Part shown: piece after piece, positions 11,545-25,500 of the stretch | Numbering within the stretch: the stretch's first letter is position 1 | How the letters are laid out: the number at the start of each line of letters is the position of its first letter | NCBI GenBank assembly: GCA_964016885.1 | Contig: OZ024741.1 | Span: 20,646,001-20,710,000, forward strand | DNA length: 64,000 nt | Direction: 5' to 3' | DNA from: Eledone cirrhosa | Taxonomy: Eukaryota | Position numbers and translations under genes: made by a program | The notes under the pieces: generated by a model | The model's database searches: none | What the model saw: the letters and a program-made list of their open reading frames with translations, nothing else | What the model was told of the DNA's origin: nothing

Positions 11545-13178
11545 GAATACCATACTGTGAATGCCTTGTTTCCATGGGCATGGATACATTAAAGCTCCAA
11601 CGTCTAGCAACTGACTTGGTAGACACCCACAAGATTATTAACCATCTTGCCAACAACAACCCTGAGCACCTTTTTGGATTCCATATGTCTAACACCCATG
11701 GACATGCTTACAAAATCAGAAAACAGTACAGTTCCTATGACTTTTGGAAATATTTTTTCATGTTGAGAGTTACACGGAATAAATTATCTGCATCAGTTGT
11801 TAGCTGCCTAGACACTGCATCCTTTAAAACTCCATGGAACAAACTACCTACATCAGTTGTTAGCTGCCGAGACACTGCATCCTTTAAAACTTCCATGGAA
11901 CAACCTACCGACATCAATTGTTAGCTGTCGAGACACTGCATCCTTTAAAACTCCATGGAACAAACTCCCTACATCAGTTGTTAGCTGCCGAGACACTGCA
12001 TCCTTTAAAACTCCATGGAACAAACTCCCTGCATCAGTTGTTAGCTATTGGGACACTGCATCCTTTATAACCTCCATGCAACAAACTACCTGCATCAGTT
12101 GTTAGCTGTCGAGACACTGCATCCTTTAAAACCGCCATGGAACAAACTACCTGCATCAGTTGTTAGCTGCCGAGACACTGCATCCTTTAAAACCTCCATG
12201 GAACAAACTCCCTGCATCAGTTGTTAACTGCCGAGACACTGCATCCTTTAAAACCTCCATGGAACAAACTCCCTGCATCAGTTGTTAGCTGTCGAAACAC
12301 TGCATCCTTTAAAACCTCCATGGAACAAACTCCCTGCATCAGTTGTTAGCTGCCGAGACACTGCATCCTTTAAAACCTCCATGGAACAAACTACCTGCAT
12401 CAGTTGTTAGCTGTCGAGACACTGCATCCTTTAAAACCGCCATGGAACAAACTACCTGCATCAGTTGTTAGCTGCCGAGACACTGCATCCTTTAAAACCT
12501 CCATGGAACAAACTCCCTGCATCAGTTGTTAGCTGCCGAGACACTGCATCCTTTAAAACCTCCATGGAACAAACTCCCTGCATCAGTTGTTAGCTGTCGA
12601 AACACTGCATCCTTTAAAACCTCCATGGAACAAACTCCCTGCATCAGTTGTTAGCTGCCGAGACACTGCATCCTTTAAAACCTCCATGGAACAAACTCCC
12701 TGCATCAGTTGTTAGCTGTCGAGACACTGCATCCTTTAAAACCTCCATGGAACAAACTCCCTGCATCAGTTGTTAGCTGCCGAGACACTGCATCTTTTAA
12801 AACCTCCATGGAACAAACTACCTGCATCAGTTGTTAGCTGTCGAGACACTGCATCCTTTAAAACCTCCATGGAACAAACTCCCTGCATCAGTTGTTAGCT
12901 GTCGAGACACTGCATCCTTTAAAACCTCCATGGAACAAACTCCCTGCATCAGTTGTTAGCTATTGGGACACTGCATCCTTTGAAACTCCATGCCTCCCGA
13001 AATCTGCCAACATTACACCTGATATTCCCCCTCCATACACACACATGTATCTGTATGTATCTCATCACTCATACACTCTTCACTTTCCTGACATTTCTAT
13101 GTTATTCTATATACTATACATGCACCTTTGATGAGTTGTAGTGTACCTGAGCACTGTACACATCAATTTTCATTATTC
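11545..13178 (+). mobile_element. CR1-like LINE 3' end with internal tandem amplification
   Basis: C-terminal ORF2-like peptide LKLQRLATDLVDTHKII..THGHAYKI..FF.LRV..WNKLPASVV..ASFK, typical of CR1-group LINE ends. 3' UTR ends ..gagcactgtaca..tttcattatt. Confidence 0.75.
11773..12992. repeat. 60/61-bp minisatellite, about 20 copies
   Basis: Unit catggaacaaactccctgcatcagttgttagctgycgagacactgcatcctttaaaacctc. Confidence 0.96.
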
Positions 13179-13356
13179 AAAGACAAGGGTTCCTGGCTAG
13201 GTTACCTTATGTGTTTTCCCAACAACACATAATCACAAAACTGGCATGTAATATGAAATATTTTATCGAGATATATTACACTTTTTCTTTTCCTTTTTAG
13301 CTTTAATACTTTAGTTTAAGCTTATTTAATACTTTTCTCATCTACAGTTTTAGATA

Positions 13357-14892
13357 TCATCATCATCATCATCACCGTTTTACGTCCGTTCTTCCACACT
13401 AGCATGGGTTAGACGGGTTGTCCTGTTGTGGGCAGTGTCTGGTCGGCTGACCATGCCTTGCTCATACAGGAACTGATCTGGCTTGATTTCTACAGCTGGA
13501 TGCCCTTCCTAACACCAACCTCATTTACAGTGAGTGCTGGGAGCTTTTTCGTGGCGCCTACACGTCCACTTTACAGTGTGGGCTGGGTGCTTTTTTGCCG
13601 TGGCACCTCCACGACCACCTTGCGGTGGGGGGAGTGGGGGCATATTGTTTATATGCTTCAGCATGTACCCATGGGAGGTCGGGTACCCTGTATTACTGCG
13701 TGACACCAGAAGTCACGGTCGTGTGTCATTGACTTTGAGAGGTGTAGTTGGGTAAGGTCGGCTTTTATCACCTCATCCCAAGTCATCTTGGGTCTCCCCA
13801 CTCCGCGGTTTCCATCAACTTCTAGTGCTCTGCACCTTTTTATGCAGCTGTCATCCTTCATACGCATCACATGTCCATACCAGCGTAACCGCCTCTCCTG
13901 CACGCAGCATTTGATTCCTCTTATGCTCAGTCTCTCTCTCAATTCCTTTATGCTTTGTCGTTCACGTATATTACTGTTACACATCCATCGGAGCATGCAG
14001 GCTTCGTTTCTCTCTAATCTACATAAGTCTTCCACCTTCAGCGCCCAGGTCTCACTACCATGCAACATCGCTGTTCGGATACACGCATCATACAGTCTGC
14101 CTTTCATTCTGAGGGAGAAGCCTTTTGCAGCTAGCAGTGGTAGTAGTTCCCTAAACTTCTTCCATCCCGTTCTTACCCTAGTTATTGTACTTTCTGAGCA
14201 CCCACCTCCGTTGCTAATTCGGTCACCTAGGTAGCAGAAGCTGTCTACTGTTTCTACAGGGCCCTCCCAGAGATTGGTGGTACTTGTTTCCTGTGGCTGT
14301 TTGCTTGCTGTTTCAGCACAGCTGCTGCATGTGAATCCTACATTCTTAATTAAGCTTCCTGAGATCCCGCTACATCTCTTGTGTACCCATTGTTTGCATT
14401 TGGGGCAGAGAATGGAGTTCCTACCTACACCTTTCCTACATACTGAGCAAGGCCATTTCCCTGAGGGGATCTGGGTTCTGTTTTCTCGTCTACTTATAAG
14501 GACCTTAGTCTTTGTCATGTTGACTTTGAGGCCCTTTCTCTCTAGTCCCTGCTTCCAGGTTTGGAATTTATTCTCTAGTTCTACCATAGATTCAGCTATG
14601 AGTGCGAGGTCATCAGCATACAGGAGTTCCCATGGGCATCCGGTCTTAAACTCCTCCGTTATTGCCTGCAGGACTATGATGAACAGGAGAGGGCTAAGAA
14701 CAGAGCCCTGGTGGACCCCAACCTGTACGCTAAATTCCTCGCTATACTCATTGCTAATCCTAACTTTGCTGACTGCTCCCCTATACATGGCTTGTACCGC
14801 TTTCACAAGCCATTCATCTACTCCTAGTTTTCTAAGAGCCCACCAGATTACTGCACGTGGAACTCTGTCAAAGGCTTTCTCAAGGTCGACAA
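13357..14892 (-). mobile_element. Young 5'-truncated RTE LINE copy
   Basis: Reverse complement of ~24657-26198 with only a few differences. The open frame from VDLEKAFD to the C-terminus is intact. (GAT)n tail at ~13357. Confidence 0.97.
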
Positions 14893-14988
14893 TTGTTTCT
14901 ACTTTTGGCACAAGGCCAGCAATTATCCAGTGCATTACTGGTACTTTATTTTATCAACCCCGTAAGAATCAAAGGCAAAGTTAACCTA
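14891..14988 (-). mobile_element. 3' fragment of tRNA-derived SINE (family of 50897-51082)
   Basis: aattgtttctacttttggcacaaggccagcaatt..ggtactttattttatc..aaaggcaaagttaacc. Confidence 0.75.
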
Positions 14989-15039
14989 CAGAGTTTACTG
15001 GGTGTGTTTATCATGTTCATTACCATCGCTAGAGAGGTT

Positions 15040-16575
15040 AGGTTGTTGTACCCTTGACACAACTGAAGGATCCTCTCAAACCTTTTTTGGCATGATTTCT
15101 ACAGCTGGGTGCCCTTGTTATCACCTTACAGATGTATTGGAGGTATTCATGGCACCAGCACTAGAAATTTTGTTATGACTGGAGGATCCTTTCAATCTTT
15201 TTGACATAGTTTCTATAATTGGATGTAATTTATTGTGGCACCCACACTGGGGAAGTTGTTGGTCATAGAATCAACTGAAAGGCCTCTCTAACCGAGAGTG
15301 GAGGGTAAGAAGGATAAGTATATCATGGGTAAATAGCAAAAAGTGGAGGTGGGATAGTGACAAGGTCAGTGTCGGGTATTAGACAGATGTGGAAGAATTC
15401 AACAGTGATGAGAGGGGTGGGGGTCACACTTTTATGGTTACAGGCAAGTCTTTGCCAGTGCTGCATGTCACTAATTCTAGCGGTTTGTATTCTCTATCAT
15501 AAGATTCAGCTTCCTAAGGTCAGTCTATTTTCAGGTTTTCCTAACTCTTCCTCTTCCATACACATCACATGTCCACACCGGTGCAGTCTTCTATTCAGCA
15601 CACTACATTGGATTCTCTTATACAGAGTTTTTCACTCAGTTCACTCGTGCTGTTCATTACACATCCTTCTAGCCTTCGCATGTCTTCTATTGTCAAGACG
15701 TATGTCCTACTCCCATATAGTACACAGGCATCATAGAGTCTACCCTTCACCTGAGAGAGAAGTCCTTTGTTGCCTGCAGAGGTACTAGGGCTCTATACTA
15801 CTTTCAGCCCATTTTTACTCAAGCTACCATACTCTCAGAGCATCCTCACCACTGCTAATTAGATCACCTAGGTAACAAAAGATGTCAACAATTTCTAGGA
15901 GCCCCCTATCAATTGAAACAATCTATTTCACATTTATTTTTCTTAGTTCTTCTCTTCTTCATCTGTCAGATACAAAGTCTATCTTCTGAAACCTCTCTAC
16001 ATCTCTTGTTCATCCATAGATTACACTGTGAAACTTATGGAATCTCTGCCCACCCCTTTTCAATTTATTGTATAAGGCCACTTCCCTGACAGTATAGAGT
16101 AGTATCAATACCTACTTACCAGTGCATTTGTCTTTGCTAAATTAATTTTTAGGCTTTTTGATTCTAGAATTTTCTTCCTTGCTTGGAATTTCACCTCCAG
16201 CCCTTCCAGTAATTCAGCTATAAGGATTAGGTCATCAGCATACAAGTGTTCCCCATAGAATGCTGGTTTTAAACTCCTCTGTTATGACCTGGAAAACAAT
16301 GATAAACAGGAGTAGACTGAAGGCAGAGTCCTGGTTCATCCCCGTCTGCACTTCAAGTTCATCACTACTCCTTCCCAACTTTTAACTTGCTGGTTGCACC
16401 TCTATACATGGCTTGCATGGTCATCTCTAGACCCAGAAAAACTAGGTACAGAGGTTTACTTGTATCTTAGTACTACTTCTACAGTTGCCTCATTACAAAG
16501 AGGGCACTGGTTGTCTACCTGACTGCATCTCATCTAGTTTAATTCTGTTCTTAATTCTACTTAAACTTTTCAGTA
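15040..16575 (-). mobile_element. Old degenerate RTE LINE
   Basis: Collinear decayed RT sequence (YADD region ~16230-16245, YLG region ~15860-15880, 3' UTR ~15090-15250) with many stops. Confidence 0.75.
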
Positions 16576-16580
16576 GCCTT

Positions 16581-17165
16581 CATCATCATCATCATCATCA
16601 TCATCGTTTTACGTCCGTTCTTCCACGCTAGCATGGGTTAGACAGGTTGTCCTGTTGTGGGTAGTGTCCAGTCGGCTAACCTTGTCTTGCTCATACAGGA
16701 ACTGATTTTGGTTTGATTTCTACAGCTAATGCCCTTTCTAACACCAACCTCAAGGGCTGGGTGCTTTTTTTCCGTGGCGCCTACACGTCCACTTTACAGT
16801 GTAGGCTGGGTGCTTTTTTGCAGTGGGGGCATATTGTCTATATGCTTCAGCTTCGGCTTGTTCCCATGGGAAGTTGAGTCTTCTGTATTACTGCGTGACG
16901 CCAGAGGCTGTGGTCGTGTGTCATCACCCTTGAGAGGTGCAATTGGGTAAGGTAGGCTTTTATCACCTCATCCCAGGTCTTCTTGGGTCTCCCCACTCCA
17001 CAGCTTCCATCGACTTCTAGTGCTCTGCACCTTTTTATGCAGCTGTCATCCTTCATATGCATCACATGTCCATACCAAACCAGCATCCTCTCCTGCACAC
17101 AGCATTTGATTCCTCTTATGCTCAGTCCCTCTCTCAGTTCGTTTATGCTTTGCGTATATTACTAT
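16581..17165 (-). mobile_element. RTE LINE 3' fragment
   Basis: ORF 16847-17098 is the C-terminus (WYGHVM.MKDD..GRPKKTW), followed by the 3' UTR and (GAT)n. Confidence 0.9.
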
Positions 17166-17226
17166 TATCATGGCTTGTAGTTATCTTGCTTTAATAAAAG
17201 AGTCATAATAAAATGCTCCCAATATA

Positions 17227-20200
17227 CTCAGTTCCTACCCCCCCCCCCCTCTCTATGCACTTCTTTAAGGCTTACTACCCTGTCTTTAACCTAATTCATT
17301 CAATCGGAAAATATTGAAGAGATAAGACACTTTCCCATTCTTCTCTGCTAAAATGTACCACGAGAGCTGATTCCAATTTTCCCAGCCAGCCATCCATCTA
17401 ATCTACGAAGGTATTTTAGCCTACATATTGTCGTTAATATTATGATGTTCCCTGCTGTATTAGCGTTAAATTTTCCCTGCTGTATTAGCGATAAATTTTC
17501 GAGGGTTTCTCTTAGTAGCTTTTTTCATGACGTTATTATTGTTAATTTTACTGATGTAGTATTAACTTATTAACTTGGATATTTACCATGCGGTATTCTA
17601 ATCCTATTGTATCTCTCTCAGTTATTTACCATGCGACCCTCAGTTCCTACCCCCCCCTCTCTATGCACTTCTTTAAGGCTTACTACCCTGTCTTTAACCT
17701 AATTCATTCAATCTGAAAATATTGAAGAGATAAGACACTTTCCCATTCTTCTCTGCTAAAATGTACCACTAGAGCTGATTCCAATTTTCCCAGCCAGCCA
17801 TCCATCTAATCTACGAAGGTATTTTAGCCTACATATTGTCGTTAATATTATGATGTTCCCTGCTGTATTAGCGTTAAATTTTCCCTGCTGTATTAGCGAT
17901 AAATTTTCGAGGGTTTCTCTTAGTAGCTTTTTTCATGACGTTATTATTGTTAATTTTACTGATGTAGTATTAACTTATTAACTTGGATATTTACCATGCG
18001 GTATTCTAATCCTATTGTATCTCTCTCAGTTATTTACCATGCGACCCTCAGTTCCTACCCCCCCCCTCTCTATGCACTTCTTTAAGGCTTACTACCCTGT
18101 CTTTAACCTAATTCATTCAATCTGAAAATATTGAAGAGATAAGACACTTTCCCATTCTTCTCTGCTAAAATGTACCACTAGAGCTGATTCCAATTTTCCC
18201 AGCCAGCCATCCATCTAATCTACGAAGGTATTTTAGCCTACATATTGTCGTTAATATTATGATGTTCCCTGCTGTATTAGCGTTAAATTTTCCCTGCTGT
18301 ATTAGCGATAAATTTTCGAGGGTTTCTCTTAGTAGCTTTTTTCATGACGTTATTATTGTTAATTTTACTGATGTAGTATTAACTTATTAACTTGGATATT
18401 TACCATGCGGTATTCTAATCCTATTGTATCTCTCTCAGTTATTTACCATGCGACCCTCAGTTCCTACCCCCCCCCCCCTCTCTATGCACTTCTTTAAGGC
18501 TTACTACCCTGTCTTTAACCTAATTCATTCAATCTGAAAATATTGAAGAGATAAGACACTTTCCCATTCTTCTCTGCTAAAATGTACCACTAGAGCTGAT
18601 TCCAATTTTCCCAGCCAGCCATCCATCTAATCTACGAAGGTATTTTAGCCTACATATTGTCGTTAATATTATGATGTTCCCTGCTGTATTAGCGTTAAAT
18701 TTTCCCTGCTGTATTAGCGATAAATTTTCGAGGGTTTCTCTTAGTAGCTTTTTTCATGACGTTATTATTGTTAATTTTACTGATGTAGTATTAACTTATT
18801 AACTTGGATATTTACCATGCGGTATTCTAATCCTATTGTATCTCTCTCAGTTATTTACCATGTGACCCTCAGTTCCTACCCCCCCCGCCCTCTCTATGCA
18901 CTTCTTTAAGGCTTACTACCCTGTCTTTAACCTAATTCATTCAATCTGAAAATATTGAAGAGATAAGACACTTTCCCATTCTTCTCTGCTAAAATGTACC
19001 ACTAGAGCTGATTCCAATTTTCCCAGCCAGCCATCCATCTAATCTACGAAGGTATTTTAGCCTACATATTGTCGTTAATATTATGATGTTCCCTGCTGTA
19101 TTAGCGTTAAATTTTCCCTGCTGTATTAGCGATAAATTTTCGAGGGTTTCTCTTAGTAGCTTTTTTCATGACGTTATTATTGTTAATTTTACTGATGTAG
19201 TATTAACTTATTAACTTGGATATTTACCATGCGGTATTCTAATCCTATTGTATCTCTCTCAGTTATTTACCATGCGACCCTCAGTTCCTACCCCCCCCCC
19301 CCTCTCTATGCACTTCTTTAAGGCTTACTACCCTGTCTTTAACCTAATTCATTCAATCTGAAAATATTGAAGAGATAAGACACTTTCCCATTCTTCTCTG
19401 CTAAAATGTACCACTAGAGCTGATTCCAATTTTCCCAGCCAGCCATCCATCTAATCTACGAAGGTATTTTAGCCTACATATTGTCGTTAATATTATGATG
19501 TTCCCTGCTGTATTAGCGTTAAATTTTCCCTGCTGTATTAGCGATAAATTTTCGAGGGTTTCTCTTAGTAGCTTTTTTCATGACGTTATTATTGTTAATT
19601 TTACTGATGTAGTATTAACTTATTAACTTGGATATTTACCATGCGGTATTCTAATCCTATTGTATCTCTCTCAGTTATTTACCATGCGACCCTCAGTTCC
19701 TACCCCCCCCCCCCTCTCTATGCACTTCTTTAAGGCTTACTACCCTGTCTTTAACCTAATTCATTCAATCTGAAAATATTGAAGAGATAAGACACTTTCC
19801 CATTCTTCTCTGCTAAAATGTACCACTAGAGCTGATTCCAATTTTCCCAGCCAGCCATCCATCTAATCTACGAAGGTATTTTAGCCTACATATTGTCGTT
19901 AATATTATGATGTTCCCTGCTGTATTAGCGTTAAATTTTCCCTGCTGTATTAGCGATAAATTTTCGAGGGTTTCTCTTAGTAGCTTTTTTCATGACGTTA
20001 TTATTGTTAATTTTACTGATGTAGTATTAACTTATTAACTTGGATATTTACCATGCGGTATTCTAATCCTATTGTATCTCTCTCAGTTATTTACCATGCG
20101 ACCCTCAGTTCCTACCCCCCCCCCCTCTCTATGCACTTCTTTAAGGCTTACTACCCTGTCTTTAACCTAATTCATTCAATCTGAAAATATTGAAGAGATA

Positions 20201-22528
20201 AGACACTTTCCCATTCTTCTCTGCTAAAATGTACCACTAGAGCTGATTCCAATTTTCCCAGCCAGCCATCCATCTAATCTACGAAGGTATTTTAGCCTAC
20301 ATATTGTCGTTAATATTATGATATTCCCTGCTGTATTAGCGTTAAATTTTCCCTGCTGTATTAGCGGTAAATTTTCGAGGGTTTCTCTTAGTAGCTTTTT
20401 TCATGACGTTATTATTGTTAATTTTACTGATGTAGTATTAACTTATTAACTTGGATATTTACCATGCGGTATTCTAATCCTATTGTATCTCTCTCAGTTA
20501 TTTACCATGTGACCCTCAGTTCCTAACCCCCCCCTCTCTATGCACTTCTTTAAGGCTTACTACCCTGTCTTTAACCTAATTCATTCAATCTGAAAATATT
20601 GAAGAGATAAGACACTTTCCCATTCTTCTCTGCTAAAATGTACCACTAGAGCTGATTCCAATTTTCCCAGCCAGCCATCCATCTAATCTACGAAGGTATT
20701 TTAGCCTACATATTGTCGTTAATATTATGATGTTCCCTGCTGTATTAGCGTTAAATTTTCCCTGCTGTATTAGCGATAAATTTTCGAGGGTTTCTCTTAG
20801 TAGCTTTTTTCATGACGTTATTATTGTTAATTTTACTGATGTAGTATTAACTTATTAACTTGGATATTTACCATGCGGTATTCTAATCCTATTGTATCTC
20901 TCTCAGTTATTTACCATGCGACCCTCAGTTCCTACCCCCCCCCCCCCTCTCTATGCACTTCTTTAAGGCTTACTACCCTGTCTTTAACCTAATTCATTCA
21001 ATCTGAAAATATTGAAGAGATAAGACACTTTCCCATTCTTCTCTGCTAAAATGTACCACTAGAGCTGATTCCAATTTTCCCAGCCAGCCATCCATCTAAT
21101 CTACGAAGGTATTTTAGCCTACATATTGTCGTTAATATTATGATGTTCCCTGCTGTATTAGCGTTAAATTTTCCCTGCTGTATTAGCGATAAATTTTCGA
21201 GGGTTTCTCTTAGTAGCTTTTTTCATGACGTTATTATTGTTAATTTTACTGATGTAGTATTAACTTATTAACTTGGATATTTACCATGCGGTATTCTAAT
21301 CCTATTGTATCTCTCTCAGTTATTTACCATGCGACCCTCAGTTCCTACCCCCCCCCCCTCTCTATGCACTTCTTTAAGGCTTACTACCCTGTCTTTAACC
21401 TAATTCATTCAATCTGAAAATATTGAAGAGATAAGACACTTTCCCATTCTTCTCTGCTAAAATGTACCACTAGAGCTGATTCCAATTTTCCCAGCCAGCC
21501 ATCCATCTAATCTACGAAGGTATTTTAGCCTACATATTGTCGTTAATATTATGATGTTCCCTGCTGTATTAGCGTTAAATTTTCCCTGCTGTATTAGCGA
21601 TAAATTTTCGAGGGTTTCTCTTAGTAGCTTTTTTCATGACGTTATTATTGTTAATTTTACTGATGTAGTATTAACTTATTAACTTGGATATTTACCATGC
21701 GGTATTCTAATCCTATTGTATCTCAGTTATTTACCATGCGACCCTCAGTTCCTACCCCCCCCCCCTCTCTATGCACTTCTTTAAGGCTTACTACCCTGTC
21801 TTTAACCTAATTCATTCAATCTGAAAATATTGAAGAGATAAGACACTTTCCCATTCTTCTCTGCTAAAATGTACCACTAGAGCTGATTCCAATTTTCCCA
21901 GCCAGCCATCCATCTAATCTACGAAGGTATTTTAGCCTACATATTGTCGTTAATATTATGATGTTCCCTGCTGTATTAGCGTTAAATTTTCCCTGCTGTA
22001 TTAGCGATAAATTTTCGAGGGTTTCTCTTAGTAGCTTTTTTCATGACGTTATTATTGTTAATTTTACTGATGTAGTATTAACTTATTAACTTGGATATTT
22101 ACCATGCGGTATTCTAATCCTATTGTATCTCTCTCAGTTATTTACCATGCGACCCTCAGTTCCTACCCCCCCCCCCCTCTCTATGCACTTCTTTAAGGCT
22201 TACTACCCTGTCTTTAACCTAATTCATTCAATCTGAAAATATTGAAGAGATAAGACACTTTCCCATTCTTCTCTGCTAAAATGTACCACTAGAGCTGATT
22301 CCAATTTTCCCAGCCAGCCATCCATCTAATCTACGAAGGTATTTTAGCCTACATATTGTCGTTAATATTATGATGTTCCCTGCTGTATTAGCGTTAAATT
22401 TTCCCTGCTGTATTAGCGATAAATTTTCGAGGGTTTCTCTTAGTAGCTTTTTTCATGACGTTATTATTGTTAATTTTACTGATGTAGTATTAACTTGGAT
22501 ATTTACCATGCGACCCTCAGTTCCTACC
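17227..22528 (+). repeat. Tandem array of 13 ~410-bp monomers, candidate LINE 5'-UTR/promoter monomers
   Basis: Units begin ctcagttcctac(C)n at 17227, 17639, 18047 and so on to ~22155. The last unit is ~360 bp. Units are near-identical apart from poly-C length. Confidence 0.96.
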
Positions 22529-25500
22529 TCACAATTTCCCTCCCCCCCACCCCCACACACCACCATAGTCTATTCGACCAATCAAACCTAGCATGCCATT
22601 TCCACTGCTGCTGCTGCTACTACCTGCCTAACTAACTCTCTCCTCCTCTGGCGCATCCCAACACACCCTGCCATTACCCCACCACCACTGTCCTTCTAGC
22701 CCTCAATTTTCCCACCGTTATGGATGGATGAGCTGGGAATACACGAGCAACTCTGAATCAATAGATGAAATATGAATCTGCGAGCTACCAAGCACCCACG
22801 TGAAGCGCCAACCCAGAGACCCTCCCCTACGAGTGTCGACAAATGCCCAAAACTCCGAGTTGGTACCATCAATGTAGGCTCAATGAAAGGAAGAGCAGGA
22901 GAAATCGTAGAAATGCTAGAGCGAAAGGAAGTTGATGTATGCTGTGTGCAAGAGACTAGATGGAGAGGAGGGTCTGCTAGAGTCCTTGTAGGAAAAAGCC
23001 AGTGCTACAAATTTTTCTGGGTGGGAAATGACGATGGGATGGGTGGTGTAGGTATACTATTAGCTGACAAGTGGGTAGATAAAGTAATCTCAGTGTACAG
23101 GGTAAATGCAAGAATCATTAAACTCAGACTAGTCCTGAATAAGACAATTACCACAATAATATCAGCTTACGCACCCCAATCGGGGCTGCCAGACGAACTT
23201 AAGGATAGGTTTTACGAGTCCCTAATACACACTACTGCTCTAACAGACGACAAGGACTTCCTAATCATTGCAGGAGATTTTAACGGACACGTAGGTAAAC
23301 ACTGCGACGGCTTCAATAGAGTACATGGAGGCCATGGAGTTGGCACAAGGAATGAGGAAGGATTCAGACTTCTAGAATTCTGCGACGCCAATGACATGTC
23401 GATATGTAACACAAACTTTAAAAAACCCGACAACCACCTGATCACCTATAGATCAGGGGAGCACTCTAGTCAGTTAGATTTTATCCTCATCAGAGGACGT
23501 GACAGATGGACGGTCGTAAACACAAAAGCCTTCCCTAGTGAGGAATGTACATCCCAACATAGCTTAGTTGTCAGCGACCTCACGGTCAGAACTAGACGAG
23601 CCCTGAAACAGAGGCCAACCTGGAGAAGAAAGATCTGGAAGCTGAAAGTCCCCTCAACCAGTAACAGATTTAAAGATATTTTACTCAATGCCTACGACAG
23701 TAAAGAAGAACAGATAGAGACATTTAACGTAGAAGAGAACTGGGAGTTCCTAAAAAATAACTTACTAGAGGCGACGGATGAGGTTTGTGGCTGGAGTAAG
23801 ACCTCAAGCAGGAGGAGAGTGACTTGGTGGTGGAACAATAAGGTAGATGAAGCAGTCAAGGCCAAGAGACAGGCATGGAAAGAATGGAAGAACGGGGGGA
23901 GCAGGGTACATTACATAGAGACCAAGAGGGAAGCTAGGCGACAAGTATACTTAGCTAGGAGGGAAGCAGAGGATAGAAAATTCAAGCATGTTTTACAACG
24001 TGAGGACCAGAAACAGGAGGTATTCAAGATTGCGAGGCAGTGTGTCAGAGATAGTTGTGATGTCATTGGAGAGAAGTGTATCCGGAATGATAAAGGTGAG
24101 CTTGCCCTCACAAGTGCTGAGAAGAAAGATGCATGGAAGAGTCATTATGATAGATTACTAAATGAGGAGAATGCATGGGAAGAAGAGACCCTACCCCACG
24201 TAGACCCTATAGAGGGACCAGCAGTACAAGTCAGCGGCAGCGTAGTAAGTAAGGCAATCAGAGATATGAAGATAGGGAAGGCAACCGGTCCATCGGGTAT
24301 AGCTGCCGAGATGCTGAAGGCATCTGGGTCTGTAGGTCACACTATAACCACACGTATCGTTAACCAGGTAATACTAGAGGGGGCCATACCAAAAGATTGG
24401 TGCAGTAGCATCATTGTCAACTGCTACAAAGGTAAAGGCGATGCACTAGATAGAGGAAACTATAGAGGTATAAAGTTGATGGACCAGGTCATGAAAGTAA
24501 CAGAAAGAGTTATAGCACAGCTGATTAGGGACCGGGTGAATATAGACGAGATGCAATTTGGGTTTGTACCAGGGAAAGGCACCACTGATGCGCTCTTCCT
24601 TGTGAGGCAATTACAGGAAAAGTACCTAGCTAAAAGTAAGCCACTCTACTTGGCATTTGTCGACCTTGAGAAAGCCTTTGACAGAGTTCCACGTGCAGTA
24701 ATCTGGTGGGCTCTTAGAAAACTAGGAGTAGATGAATGGCTTGTGAAAGCGGTACAAGCCATGTATAGGGGAGCAGTCAGCAAAGTTAGGATTGGCAATG
24801 AGTATAGCGAGGAATTTAGCGTACAGGTTGGGGTCCACCAGGGCTCTGTTCTTAGCCCTCTCCTGTTCATCATAGTCCTGCAGGCAATAACGGAGGAGTT
24901 TAAGACCGGATGCCCATGGGAACTCCTGTATGCTGATGACCTCGCACTCATAGCTGAATCTATGGTAGAACTAGAGAATAAATTCCAAACCTGGAAGCAG
25001 GGACTAGAGAGAAAGGGCCTCAAAGTCAACATGACAAAGACTAAGGTCCTTATAAGTAGACGAGAAAACAGAACCCAGATCCCCTCAGGGAAATGGCCTT
25101 GCTCAGTATGTAGGAAAGGTGTAGGTAGGAACTCCATTCTTTGCCCCAAATGCAAACAATGGGTACACAAGAGATGTAGCGGGATCTCAGGAAGCTTAAT
25201 TAAGAATGTAGGATTCACATGCAGCAGCTGTGCTGAAACAGCAAGCAAACAGCCACAGGAAACAAGTACCACCAATCTCTGGGAGGGCCCTGTAGAAACA
25301 GTAGACAGCTTCTGCTACCTAGGTGACCGAATTAGCAACGGAGGTGGGTGCTCAGAAAGTACAATAACTAGGGTAAGAACGGGATGGAAGAAGTTTAGGG
25401 AACTACTACCACTGCTAGCTGCAAAAGGCTTCTCCCTCAGAATGAAAGGCAGACTGTATGATGCGTGTATCCGAACAGCGATGTTGCATGGTAGTGAGAC

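Noticed and set aside
14893-14935. N-terminus MHWIIAGLVPKVETI of ORF 13658-14935 as a real start
   Set aside because: Read-through from an adjacent SINE tail into a 5'-truncated LINE.
13788-14984. Antisense ORFs over RTE copies (also 2487-3107, 23212-25761)
   Set aside because: Shadow frames of the LINE coding strand, with no independent evidence.
17227-17640. Self-cleaving ribozyme (hammerhead or HDV-like) in the 410-bp monomer
   Set aside because: I found no CUGANGA/GAAA core or nested double pseudoknot by eye. An Infernal/RNArobo scan would be needed to exclude it.
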